A DNA stretch of 64,000 bases from a virus. Lineage: Duplodnaviria; Caudoviricetes. Below are positions 1 to 9,268 of the stretch, in pieces; the first letter of the stretch is position 1; every line of letters begins with the position of its first letter. The translations under genes and the position numbers were made by a program. The notes below the pieces were generated by a model. It searched no databases and was not told the origin of the DNA. It saw only the letters and a program-made list of their open reading frames with translations. The DNA is taken from positions 16,799-80,798 of IMG/VR virus record IMGVR_UViG_2974555854_000001; one strand, written 5' to 3'.

Positions 1-1
1 T

Positions 2-268
2 GCTGAATTCGAAGGTGTTGTTGACAAAGTAATCTTCAACGTACAAGGCCCTGATGACCTTACTATCGCTGCTAAAGAACGTTGCCGCGTAGGTGTTGGT
101 AAAGATTATGAAATCGTTCTTATGAAAGATAAACTTGGATCAACTGTTGCTGTCGGTGATGCTATCGAAGTAAAAGCTGGTAAATTCCAAAAGAAAACAA
201 CTGATACTGCTGTAGGTAAAGTAGTAGCTATTTTCCCAAATGGCGAAACTGTACTTCGCATTAACTAA
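2..268 (+). CDS. 5'-truncated head decoration/capsid-stabilising protein
   Basis: Manual translation from base 2 is open to TAA at 266-268 (AEFEGVVDKVIFNVQGPDD...GKVVAIFPNGETVLRIN). Small beta-rich protein directly before the major capsid gene. Confidence 0.6.
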   Translation, partial: AEFEGVVDKVIFNVQGPDDLTIAAKERCRVGVGKDYEIVLMKDKLGSTVAVGDAIEVKAGKFQKKTTDTAVGKVVAIFPNGETVLRIN

Positions 269-285
269 TAGGAGGTTAACAAGAT

Positions 286-1224
286 ATGCCATCATATACT
301 AAAGCTCAACGCGATAAATTTATTGAACAAGTTCGTAAATATGCAAATGCTACACGTTTAGATGAAGCTGGTAAAAAACTAGAGAAGCGTATTGCTGCAA
401 TGGCTAAAACACCTCAAGGTATGAATGAGTTAGCACAACTTATCACTGAAAACCTTGAAGAAGAAATGCAAGCATATGATTTACGTCCTCTATTATTCGA
501 AACTAAACCACGTAAACTTTTAGAAGTGGTTGAATACAAACGTAAAGGTAAATTCCGTGCTTACCGTACAACTCGCGGTGGTTACGTTCCTAAGTCTCAA
601 GTATTCCAGGATACAGTAAAAGCACAACCTGAAGAGTTCTCAGTACGTCCAGCTTGTCACTTACTACAATTAGAAACAGGCCGTATCTCTTCTGTTAACG
701 ATCTTATTACAGGTGCTCGTGAAGCTCTATTAACTGAATATGCTCGTTATTTCTACGCTACACTTGAAGCTGTTAATGCTAGTGATACAACTGGAACACT
801 TAAAGCTCAAGTAACAGGCGAAGTTGACAAAACAACTTTAGATAAAATGTTACACGCTGCTTCTGCAAAAGGTGGACAAGTATCTATCGTAGGTACTCAC
901 ACTTCATTAGCTCCAATCCTTGATTTCGAAGGTTTCACTGATACTCAAAAAGATGAAATCATGCGTACAGGTGATTTAGGTGTTTACCGTGGTGCTAACC
1001 TAGTTAAGTTAGAAGAATTCCTTGATGCTGATGATTTAGAAGTAATCAAACACGATACTATCTTTATCGTTACTCGTAAAGCTGGATATGTTGATGATTT
1101 CGGTGAAATTCGTTCTCGTGAAATTATCGATGCTGAACATGACGAATTCTCTATCTTAATGCGTAAAGAGTGGGGCTTCACTGTACTTTACCCTGAATAC
1201 GTTCGTATGATTAAGATTGTCTAA
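286..1224 (+). CDS. Major capsid protein (HK97-like fold)
   Basis: 312 aa, strong RBS (GGAGG), highly biased codons, followed by a hairpin terminator; position in the head module. Confidence 0.85.
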   Translation: MPSYTKAQRDKFIEQVRKYANATRLDEAGKKLEKRIAAMAKTPQGMNELAQLITENLEEEMQAYDLRPLLFETKPRKLLEVVEYKRKGKFRAYRTTRGGYVPKSQVFQDTVKAQPEEFSVRPACHLLQLETGRISSVNDLITGAREALLTEYARYFYATLEAVNASDTTGTLKAQVTGEVDKTTLDKMLHAASAKGGQVSIVGTHTSLAPILDFEGFTDTQKDEIMRTGDLGVYRGANLVKLEEFLDADDLEVIKHDTIFIVTRKAGYVDDFGEIRSREIIDAEHDEFSILMRKEWGFTVLYPEYVRMIKIV

Positions 1225-1233
1225 TAAAATATC

Positions 1234-1258
1234 GGAGGGGTTAAATCCCCTTCTTATC
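1234..1258 (+). terminator. Probable intrinsic terminator after the capsid gene
   Basis: GGAGGGG-ttaaat-CCCCTTC stem followed by a T-rich tail. Confidence 0.55.
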
Positions 1259-1277
1259 TTTAAAGGAGTGGAATGGA

Positions 1278-1667
1278 ATGGCTGAAAAAGAAATCGTTTT
1301 AATCAATAATGCTGGTCAACTTTTTACAATTAACTTTATGGGTGCTTTCCCTGTCAACAAGTGGGCTAATCCAGGTGGTAAATATTATTTATCTCAAAAA
1401 GAATACGACTTCGTTAAATCGAATTATAGTCATATTTTAGGTAAGCAACTTGTACATGAAGGTGAAGAAGCTGAAGCCTATAACCAAATTGATGAAGTTT
1501 CTCCTGAAGCATTTTTCACAATGCATCACACGAAACAAAAAGCAGCGATTAAAGAAATGTCTGATGAAAAATTGCAGCAACTTCTTGATTACGCTGACTT
1601 AAATGAAATCAATAAGAAAATTGTGAAAGAGATCGAAGACCAATACCTACAGAACGAAGGTGAATGA
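1278..1667 (+). CDS. Hypothetical head-module protein (acidic, helical C-terminus)
   Basis: 129 aa with RBS, immediately after the capsid gene. Confidence 0.6.
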   Translation: MAEKEIVLINNAGQLFTINFMGAFPVNKWANPGGKYYLSQKEYDFVKSNYSHILGKQLVHEGEEAEAYNQIDEVSPEAFFTMHHTKQKAAIKEMSDEKLQQLLDYADLNEINKKIVKEIEDQYLQNEGE

Positions 1668-2023
1668 CAATGATCGATTTCGAGACATTGATCCCTAAAC
1701 TTCGTACTAGGATTGATGATTTAGATACCGCTGATTTTGAATACAACGATGGAGAATTAACGGATCATCTGCAAAACTCATTAGATAAATATAATATGCA
1801 ATTGCCATTAGATAAACCTTCAGACGGTCAATTAATTATCGTTGAAGCTATGATTGCAATTGTGACTGCTTTAAAAATGTGGGCCGATGGAGAAAGTTAT
1901 TCTTATAAGAACGATGCTGTTCAAATGACACGCGGATTGATGTCTAAACATTACCTGGATACACTTAAACAACTTCGTATCGAAAGAAACGATATCTTGG
2001 AAGGGAATGGAGGGGTTTACTAA
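1664..2023 (+). CDS. Head-tail adaptor/connector (SPP1 gp15/HK97 gp6-like)
   Basis: 119-aa helical protein with typical KLRTRIDD...NDGEL N-terminus; position. Confidence 0.6.
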   Translation: MTMIDFETLIPKLRTRIDDLDTADFEYNDGELTDHLQNSLDKYNMQLPLDKPSDGQLIIVEAMIAIVTALKMWADGESYSYKNDAVQMTRGLMSKHYLDTLKQLRIERNDILEGNGGVY

Positions 2024-2193
2024 TGCGTAAGGATGAAAAAGAAATCACGAACGCTTATTTATGGAAATCCCACGTTTTAATTTTAGATTTAGTTGATTTA
2101 GTCAGTGACGATAAGTTGCGACAAAAGATTAAGACTAAAGTTTTAGATGTGGCCCATGAGACACAAGAATTTTTAAAAAATGATGAAAAGTGA
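2023..2193 (+). CDS. Small hypothetical protein (56 aa), not in the ORF track
   Basis: ATG overlaps the upstream TAA (TAATG); MRKDEKEITNALFMEIPRFNFRLVDLVSDDKLRQKIKTKVLDVAHETQEFLKNDEK. Confidence 0.7.
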   Translation: MRKDEKEITNAYLWKSHVLILDLVDLVSDDKLRQKIKTKVLDVAHETQEFLKNDEK

Positions 2194-2204
2194 GGTTTTA
2201 AACT

Positions 2205-2711
2205 ATGCCATTCACAGGTAAAGAAGAAATCTATAATGGTTATAACCGAAAATTATATTTCACAGACGGTACGCCAAACGCGAAACCAACTGATACAAGT
2301 CCTACTTACACTTGGACAGAATTAGGCTATGACGATTCTTTCTCTTTCAATGAGAACGAAAACGAAGCGCAAAAGTACAACAAGCGTGAGAAATCTCACA
2401 AGAAAAAAGGCCGTCAAGAATACACATTCGATATCTCTCAACTTTACAGCGGTGTTGAATACTCTATCTTCATGTTCAAAGGCAAAACAGGAACATTGAA
2501 ACAAGTAACTGAAAATGATGCTGGTGACATTGTAGAAGTTAACTACTTCCACAACGCTGACATTAACTCTCCACAATTTTCAGGTGGTGGCGATGACGGT
2601 GATGATTCTGTTTCTGCTTCAGGTTCTTACTCTAAGCGTTTATTATACGATGGACAAGCAACAGGTTCTACTTTACTGTTCGCTACTGATGGAAGTCACG
2701 AGACTCCCTAA
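2205..2711 (+). CDS. Major tail tube protein
   Basis: 168 aa with tail-tube pattern (WTELGYDDSFSF...YTFDISQLY...SVSASGS), high-expression codons, followed by hairpins. Confidence 0.75.
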   Translation: MPFTGKEEIYNGYNRKLYFTDGTPNAKPTDTSPTYTWTELGYDDSFSFNENENEAQKYNKREKSHKKKGRQEYTFDISQLYSGVEYSIFMFKGKTGTLKQVTENDAGDIVEVNYFHNADINSPQFSGGGDDGDDSVSASGSYSKRLLYDGQATGSTLLFATDGSHETP

Positions 2712-2769
2712 TAGCGCCCTTGATTTAGGGGGCTTATCGTATTAGATCGTCTTAGGTACGATATAGTTG

Positions 2770-2806
2770 AAAAGAGCACATCTATTAAGTTAGGTGTGCT
2801 TTTATT
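2770..2806 (+). terminator. Intrinsic terminator after the tail tube gene (third of three hairpins)
   Basis: AAAAGAGCACATCTA-loop-TAGGTGTGCTTTT. Confidence 0.7.
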
Positions 2807-2845
2807 TGTATCGCGTGAGTTTTCATCGGTCAAGGCCATTTGTAA

Positions 2846-2875
2846 GAGAAAAAACTTTTATTTAAAGATATTAAT
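2846..2875 (+). promoter_or_regulatory. Putative phage late promoter GAGA-N19-TATTAAT (copy 1)
   Basis: Same motif and spacing upstream of five structural cistrons. Confidence 0.65.
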
Positions 2876-2907
2876 GACAATGTAACTATAATCAAGGAGG
2901 TTAAAAC

Positions 2908-3435
2908 ATGACTTCATATTTATATGATGATGGTAATGGTCTTCGCACATCAGCTCGTGTCGAACCCACAACAGGGAAACCAATCACAGACGTTTCCAAT
3001 ATGGTTAAAACTAAAAGTGGTCTATGGATACCACAAACAGGTACAGAAGATGGCGCTGCTAATATTCAAGTAGCTGGATCAGACGTTATGTTACCTACAC
3101 AAATGCAAAGCAAACTTTCAACAGTTATTCAAACACATGTGAACACCGTTGTTGCTTTAAGTGCAAATAACACAAGTTCTTATCAAGATGTTAGTGCATG
3201 GTCAGATATCACTATGTCTTTCCTTAATTCAGCTACAGCTACTTGTCAAGTTGATATCATGTGGTCACATGACGGGGTTTCTGCTTTCTTTACTGAAAAT
3301 GCACTTGCTTCTGCTTCTCGTGTAAATGGTTTTTACCAATTTAAAACAAAAGCTAAATATGCAGCTGTTAAAGTTACTAATGGTGATGGTACAGCAGCTA
3401 AAACGATGAACTCATGGTTATTCTTATCACTATAA
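2908..3435 (+). CDS. Virion accessory/fibre-like protein
   Basis: 175 aa with a beta-rich C-terminal domain; first gene of the accessory structural block. Confidence 0.45.
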   Translation: MTSYLYDDGNGLRTSARVEPTTGKPITDVSNMVKTKSGLWIPQTGTEDGAANIQVAGSDVMLPTQMQSKLSTVIQTHVNTVVALSANNTSSYQDVSAWSDITMSFLNSATATCQVDIMWSHDGVSAFFTENALASASRVNGFYQFKTKAKYAAVKVTNGDGTAAKTMNSWLFLSL

Positions 3436-3449
3436 GGAGGTAAAAAAAT

Positions 3450-3848
3450 ATGCCATTCAATGCAAACAATACTACACAACCGCCATTTCAACCTGGATGT
3501 ATGACATTAACGAACGATGAAGTTATTAAAGTCCAGGATAAATGTGCGGAATTAGAAGCAACATTCGAACCAAATGATTTTCAACCTGTCATTAACGACA
3601 ATTGGATTATCGCTCGTTATAACGAGTCTAACAACTATACTGAAGCTGTTAACGGTGATACTTATAATGTTATCAAAGGTTATAATCGTGATGTTAACAC
3701 TCAAGGTATCGGACAAGATGCAGAAGGTAACGGAATTATTATTCCTGAACCTGAACAACCAACAGAAGAACCTACTGAAGAAGCTCCTGTTGAAGAACAA
3801 CCTGTAGAACAACCTACAGAAGAGAAAGAACCAACTGAAGAGGTGTAA
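3450..3848 (+). CDS. Acidic protein with Pro/Glu-rich C-terminal tail
   Basis: 132 aa, PEPEQPTEEPTEEAPVEEQPVEQPTEEK tail, RBS present. Confidence 0.6.
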   Translation: MPFNANNTTQPPFQPGCMTLTNDEVIKVQDKCAELEATFEPNDFQPVINDNWIIARYNESNNYTEAVNGDTYNVIKGYNRDVNTQGIGQDAEGNGIIIPEPEQPTEEPTEEAPVEEQPVEQPTEEKEPTEEV

Positions 3849-3877
3849 CAACCTCTTCTTTTATTAAGGAGGTCAAT

Positions 3878-6319
3878 ATGTTATATCCACAAAAGAACTT
3901 AATCAAACCACTAACTGATACAAGTATGTGGACTGTTGCTGGTGCTGCTAGTATCATTGATGCTTATTCATTTAAGTTAGTTGCTTTAGCTTCATATCAA
4001 GGTACACCAGCTATAGTCGATGTAGAGCCAAATACAACATATACTTTTTCTTTCGAATGGGAAAGTGATGCTTATTCAGTTACACCAAACATTATGTCTT
4101 ATACTGAAGCTCTCGTCTATGTTGCTCCTGTTTTTAATAATAGTGTCACAAATAAAAAATGGTCAATCACTTTCACAACAGCGGCCAATGTGAAAAAAAT
4201 AAAATTCTTGATGCAAAATTCAAGCAACACAGGGACTTTTATTTTTAAAAATTTCCAATTAGAATTAGGTTCTGTAGCTACAACATTTGAACCTTATAAG
4301 TTAGGGAATAAACCTGTAGCTCAAAAAGGTTTATTTTTTGATGGAAGTTCAGGTGACTACGTTTATTTTGGAGGGATAGCTAAAATTCCTTTTGGACTCA
4401 CTGACAATTACAGTGTACATGCTAGAATTAAAACAGGAGATATCAAAAATCAATATTATGGTATTTTCTCAACCTTCGAAGCGTCAAAAGGTTTCGAATT
4501 AAACATAGATGGTGGCGGTCTTTTCAGACTCGAAAACAATTTACCTTCAGGTGGTTCTATGAGGGCCAATCTATCAGGTTTAAGAGTTATGCCTAATACA
4601 ACCTACGATGTAATAGCGATTAGAAAAGGAAAAGATGTTATCTTTTATGTGAATGGTGTTTTAGCTAGTACGAGTTATCTTGATCCACAAACAACAGAAT
4701 TAACCGGAACAGGTTCTAATATGATTCGTATTGGTTCACGCGCTAACCAAATGCAATTCTTAGGAGAAATTCGTAGAGTTGACTTATTTAACAAGGTATT
4801 AACAGCTGAAGAAGCGTTGTTACTTTCAAAGGATATCGATGTTAAAAGTGGTTTAGTTGCGAAATACGACTTTAGAAAACCTATTCAAAAAGGTGTAGCT
4901 AAAGATTTAAGTGGAAATGGTATTGATGGTGTTATCGTGGGAACAAAACCTGGTATGCAAACCCCTTCATCCTTAGTGCCGAAAAAGAATTTATTTAATG
5001 TTAATGGTGGTGCGATTGTAAATAAATCAGGAACTACTACAGGTAGACATTATTCCACTTATGCAACTGATAATCCAAATAGAGCACTTTATTATTGGCA
5101 AACACCTGTAAAACCCGATAAAGCTCATTTTATTTCGTGGACGAAACAAGGGTATTCAGTAGCGTTATGGGAATTAGATGGAGCTGGAATAGTCAACTAT
5201 GATACAGGTTGGAAGAACAGCGCTTTCGGTTGGACTATGCGAAGTGATACAAAAAGTGTGATGTTTGTTGTGAGGAAGCTCCCTGATCCTTCAGCGACTT
5301 CAGCTAACGATATTAAAGATTTAGGTTTGCAAATCGAAGAAGGGACTTCTGTTACACCTTTCGAACCGTATAAAGATATTAATCCGAAACCTATGTTTCA
5401 ACCTAAGAAGAATTTAATATCACCAATTACTTCTTATGATTTGACTAAAGCAGGAAGTACGTATACTGTTCCTGCAGATTTTTATTTCTTATCAGGATTC
5501 AACGCTTCTGCTACTGATTATGTGACTGTTATAGGTGATTACTGGATTGAAACTACTGTCACAGCTAACAATAGGGATGTGGTTGTTTTAATTCCTGCTA
5601 AACCTAATACTATTTATCGTCCATCTTGTGATACGAACGGTGATGTGCATTTAATGTATTATGATTCAGCTAGAGCCAAGATAACACAAACTTATAATAC
5701 AATAAGTGCAAACGTAACAGGAACAACACCAGCGAATTGTGCATTCATCGGTTTTGTTTTAACAAATAGAGGTTTAGGCCCAGGTAAGTATTACTTTAAG
5801 AATTGGCAACTTGAGGAAGTGGGATCAACAAGCGCTCCTGCTACTCCTTTCGAAAAGTACAAGCCTGTTAACAAACCAGCTGTTAGATATCCTAAGAAGA
5901 ATTTGTTTGATCTTGATAATTTCATCAAAAATGCAACTAATTACAATGTCACTTTAGAACGTATCGATGACGGTCTAAAAGTTACAACTACAGGTTCTAA
6001 CACTTACGCTAGGGCATCAGTTAATATGCAACTTAAATCTAACACAAAGTATTCTGTTTCTGCTTTGTTTGGGTTGAATATTTCGAGCGATCTAGTGACA
6101 ATTAGATTTTTAGGTGGTGGTGTTGATGTTTATTTTAGGTCAATCGATGCACCTAACAAAACATTCACAACTGGAACTGTAACAGGTGAAACAGCTATCA
6201 TCTTTTATGTAACTTTTACTTCAGCAGCTATGGGCTATGTTAACTTTACAAAAGTTCAATTAGTTGAAGGTGATCCATCAACTTACGAACCATACAAACT
6301 AGTCAACAAACCACTTTAA
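3878..6319 (+). CDS. Multi-module carbohydrate-binding virion protein (4 CBM-like jelly-roll repeats plus one LamG/ConA-like domain)
   Basis: Four modules open with P(Q/K)KNL and close with (Q/K)(L/I)(E/V)E...(F/Y)E(P/K)YK..N.KP; a LamG-like segment (YSVHARIK...YVNG...IRIG...FLGEIRRV) follows module 1. Confidence 0.7.
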   Translation: MLYPQKNLIKPLTDTSMWTVAGAASIIDAYSFKLVALASYQGTPAIVDVEPNTTYTFSFEWESDAYSVTPNIMSYTEALVYVAPVFNNSVTNKKWSITFTTAANVKKIKFLMQNSSNTGTFIFKNFQLELGSVATTFEPYKLGNKPVAQKGLFFDGSSGDYVYFGGIAKIPFGLTDNYSVHARIKTGDIKNQYYGIFSTFEASKGFELNIDGGGLFRLENNLPSGGSMRANLSGLRVMPNTTYDVIAIRKGKDVIFYVNGVLASTSYLDPQTTELTGTGSNMIRIGSRANQMQFLGEIRRVDLFNKVLTAEEALLLSKDIDVKSGLVAKYDFRKPIQKGVAKDLSGNGIDGVIVGTKPGMQTPSSLVPKKNLFNVNGGAIVNKSGTTTGRHYSTYATDNPNRALYYWQTPVKPDKAHFISWTKQGYSVALWELDGAGIVNYDTGWKNSAFGWTMRSDTKSVMFVVRKLPDPSATSANDIKDLGLQIEEGTSVTPFEPYKDINPKPMFQPKKNLISPITSYDLTKAGSTYTVPADFYFLSGFNASATDYVTVIGDYWIETTVTANNRDVVVLIPAKPNTIYRPSCDTNGDVHLMYYDSARAKITQTYNTISANVTGTTPANCAFIGFVLTNRGLGPGKYYFKNWQLEEVGSTSAPATPFEKYKPVNKPAVRYPKKNLFDLDNFIKNATNYNVTLERIDDGLKVTTTGSNTYARASVNMQLKSNTKYSVSALFGLNISSDLVTIRFLGGGVDVYFRSIDAPNKTFTTGTVTGETAIIFYVTFTSAAMGYVNFTKVQLVEGDPSTYEPYKLVNKPL

Positions 6320-6349
6320 GAGAAAAAGGTTTACACTAATTACATTAAT
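6320..6349 (+). promoter_or_regulatory. Putative late promoter GAGA-N19-CATTAAT (copy 2)
   Basis: Motif and spacing match the other copies. Confidence 0.55.
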
Positions 6350-6372
6350 TAATATGTAAAATAAAGGAGGGG

Positions 6373-6570
6373 TTGAAAATGGATTTAATCGTTTATCTAA
6401 ATGACGGAACTAATTTTGAAGTTCGCATTGAAAATTATGATCCGATTGCTGTTGCCGAACAATTAAACGATGCAACTAAATCGATGATCGTATTTGGATA
6501 TTATGTTGTGCAACGTTATTCAGTAGTCAAGGTAATGCCAAAACCGACTACAGAAATTGCAGAACAATAA
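6373..6570 (+). CDS. Small hypothetical protein (65 aa)
   Basis: RBS GGAGGG with TTG start; own promoter motif and downstream terminator. Confidence 0.7.
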   Translation: MKMDLIVYLNDGTNFEVRIENYDPIAVAEQLNDATKSMIVFGYYVVQRYSVVKVMPKPTTEIAEQ

Positions 6571-6600
6571 GGAGGGGCCAATGCTCCTTCTTTTTTTGTG

Positions 6601-6630
6601 GAGAAAAAACATGCGAAAAATGATATTTAT
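6601..6630 (+). promoter_or_regulatory. Putative late promoter GAGA-N19-TATTTAT (copy 3)
   Basis: Motif and spacing match, one mismatch. Confidence 0.55.
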
Positions 6631-6662
6631 AACTGTAGACAGGTCATACAAGGAGGTACAAA

Positions 6663-9257
6663 ATGAGTGTAGTCAAAAGCTTTCAAATCAATCTTGACAT
6701 ATCAAAAGACATTAAAAACAATCACTTTTCATTCAATCAAAACGATACAAACACCGCTAAGATCATTGTGAATTTGACTAACAATAAAACACCTATTGTT
6801 TTAACAGGTGCAACAGTACGTTTCGCATTTTTAAAAGCTGACGGAAAAAGAGTTTATCAAAATGCAACGATAACTAATCCAACAGCAGGAGTAGTTGAAG
6901 CATTATTAAGTTCGCAAGTTCTAGCCGTACCGAAAAGAGTCAAAGCAGAAGTAGAAATTTATTTCGATGGTACACAACAAAATACCGTTACTAAGCCATT
7001 CGAATTTACAGTAGAACGATCCATCTTGAGTACAGAAGCTATTCAAAGTTCTGATGAATTCCCTATTATCAATACTTTACACCAAAAATTAGCTGATGTA
7101 ATGAATATCGATTTAACTCAATTAGCTGATGTTGGCGCTTCAATGAATAGTATTCGATCAGACGTTACAACCCTGGATCGTAAAACGGATTGGATTGATG
7201 TACGTGATTACGGTGTTAAAGGTGATGGAACAGGTGATGATGCTGTAGGTATTATTGCAGCACTAGCGATGACCGAAACATTAAAACGCAAAAGGGTTAT
7301 TGTACCTGATGGACTTTATAATATTGGTCAGACTATTGTTGTTCCACGAAGAATACACCTTGATTTAAGTAAAAGTACATTTTTACGGCCCATTAATGAT
7401 GTTAATGTGATCCAGTTAAAACCTGAAGCTCAATTAACAAGTGGCGTAATCGATACAAGACGTTTCACTGGAAGAACATTTACAGATTTCACAAAGGCTT
7501 GTATTTATCTTGATGGTAATGACGTATTCTCACTTTACAACGAATTGCATCAAATCAACGGAATTATGATGTTAGGTGAAGATCATTATTACACAGATCA
7601 GAAATGGACAGGGACAGGGATTAGATTCTATTCCGGTAAGGGCGCTAATGGAGAAGCTAAATTTATTTCATTTGTCAACAGTTCACAATTAGGTATCTTT
7701 AACTTCCAAAAAGGTATTCATTTAGATGTAGATGCTACTATCAAAACTGAAGATGAATGGGCTTGGGTAACAGGTTGTACGTTTGACCAAATAAATATGA
7801 TGAACTGTACACAATCAATTGTATTGAATGGTGATCGTACTGTTCCGCGTGATGTAGGTGGAAATATCTTCACAAACCTTCAAATCCAAATTGAACCTAA
7901 TTCAGATTATGCTATTTATTGCGAAGGTAGTTTTAATCGATTTGAAGGCTTATTTTGGGATTTACAGAAGAACCCTAACCCTAGTATTCGATTTGCTAAA
8001 AGCTCTCGTTTTAACGTAATTAAATGCGCTCACGGCTATGATTCACCACAACACTTTTTGGATGAAGGTTATGACAATACTATTGAAAGTTCAACTAACC
8101 ACACTCCACATAAACGTAACATGGCTTATCCTTTAACGACTCCTTTCAACCCTAGCATGTTAGGAAATCAGGATGATTATATGGTTCGCGGTGATTTACG
8201 TGGATATACTTTCTCTCAAACATCTAGTCATCCGATTAAATACGGCGGTAATATGAAAGAGCTTCTAACACTCGAAATGGAAGTTGGTTGTACATGGGAT
8301 GCAACAAACGCCACTTATGAAAATCCTATTGTATTTGAGATTGATCTTTCTTCTGATCCGATTTGGTACGCTCATTTCATTGGTGTGATTGGGGCCTGGA
8401 AAACAAATCCTAAAGGAGTTAGAATTGAAGCTTTTGATGCTATAGCTAATGAATGGATGTGGTGTCATGAAGTCGATAAGAATAGCAGCTATCCTTTTGT
8501 TGTTTGTGCGCCGTGGGTAGGAATAAGTAAATGTACAAAGATAAGAATTACAATGTGGGGTACAAACGATCCAACAGGAAAAGATGTTCAACTAAGCCGC
8601 GTGTTTGCAATTAGTGGAAAGAACGAAGGTAAAGCTTGGATGCCGAAAGCAGGAGGAAACTTTGATGGAAAAGTTTATACTGTTGGTGGACTTGTTTTAG
8701 ATAAACGTACAAGTGATCCTGCTGATGCTGTTGAAGGTCAAGTTTGGTATAGAACAGATTCAAGTAAAGCTCCTGTTCGTGTTATGACTTCAGAAGGCGT
8801 TAAATCGTTCACAATGCAGTCGATTCCAAATGAATACCTTAACATTGCTGGTGCTGTTAAAAACGGTACAACAGCTGTTATAGCCGAAAATACCGCTGAT
8901 TATTTTAGAGTCACATGTAAAAACAATTCAGACGGTTTAATCATCCCAATGACTAGTGCTGTTGTTGGAAAAACCTATACACTTGTTTTAGATGTGATGT
9001 TACTGAATACAGTAGATGATGTTATACAGGTTCGTTTATATAACAGAACAAAGGCCACTTATTACAATTTGAACTTAGCTGTAACGACAACGGCCCTTAA
9101 CGTCAAACAACGCATAACTAAAAACTTCACGTTCGCAACAGGAACGACTTTCGCCGCTGGTGATGCAATAGAATTATGGATCGTACAATCATGGAAGAAT
9201 AGCACTCACGATACCTTTGAGTACAAAGTGTTCAAAGATACGCTTGCTATTTATTAG
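6663..9257 (+). CDS. BppU-type baseplate upper domain fused to a pectate-lyase-like beta-helix (tailspike/depolymerase)
   Basis: N-terminus F.F.QNDTNTAKI...GVVE...V.AEVEIY typical of BppU/DUF2479; WIDVRDYGVKGDGTGDDAVGI is the Pectate_lyase_3 start motif. Confidence 0.75.
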   Translation: MSVVKSFQINLDISKDIKNNHFSFNQNDTNTAKIIVNLTNNKTPIVLTGATVRFAFLKADGKRVYQNATITNPTAGVVEALLSSQVLAVPKRVKAEVEIYFDGTQQNTVTKPFEFTVERSILSTEAIQSSDEFPIINTLHQKLADVMNIDLTQLADVGASMNSIRSDVTTLDRKTDWIDVRDYGVKGDGTGDDAVGIIAALAMTETLKRKRVIVPDGLYNIGQTIVVPRRIHLDLSKSTFLRPINDVNVIQLKPEAQLTSGVIDTRRFTGRTFTDFTKACIYLDGNDVFSLYNELHQINGIMMLGEDHYYTDQKWTGTGIRFYSGKGANGEAKFISFVNSSQLGIFNFQKGIHLDVDATIKTEDEWAWVTGCTFDQINMMNCTQSIVLNGDRTVPRDVGGNIFTNLQIQIEPNSDYAIYCEGSFNRFEGLFWDLQKNPNPSIRFAKSSRFNVIKCAHGYDSPQHFLDEGYDNTIESSTNHTPHKRNMAYPLTTPFNPSMLGNQDDYMVRGDLRGYTFSQTSSHPIKYGGNMKELLTLEMEVGCTWDATNATYENPIVFEIDLSSDPIWYAHFIGVIGAWKTNPKGVRIEAFDAIANEWMWCHEVDKNSSYPFVVCAPWVGISKCTKIRITMWGTNDPTGKDVQLSRVFAISGKNEGKAWMPKAGGNFDGKVYTVGGLVLDKRTSDPADAVEGQVWYRTDSSKAPVRVMTSEGVKSFTMQSIPNEYLNIAGAVKNGTTAVIAENTADYFRVTCKNNSDGLIIPMTSAVVGKTYTLVLDVMLLNTVDDVIQVRLYNRTKATYYNLNLAVTTTALNVKQRITKNFTFATGTTFAAGDAIELWIVQSWKNSTHDTFEYKVFKDTLAIY

Positions 9258-9268
9258 GAGGGAAAAGG

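Noticed and set aside
2700-2760. CCC-TAA at the end of the major tail gene, resembling the SPP1 gp17.1 +1 frameshift signal
   Set aside because: The +1 frame adds only about 11 codons (NSALDLGGLSY) and the -1 frame even fewer, so no accessory domain could be appended; the downstream sequence is a hairpin cluster.
3878-9257. Diversity-generating retroelement or shufflon acting on the receptor-binding genes
   Set aside because: No reverse transcriptase, no TR/VR pair differing at adenines, and no inverted recombination sites flanking the modules.
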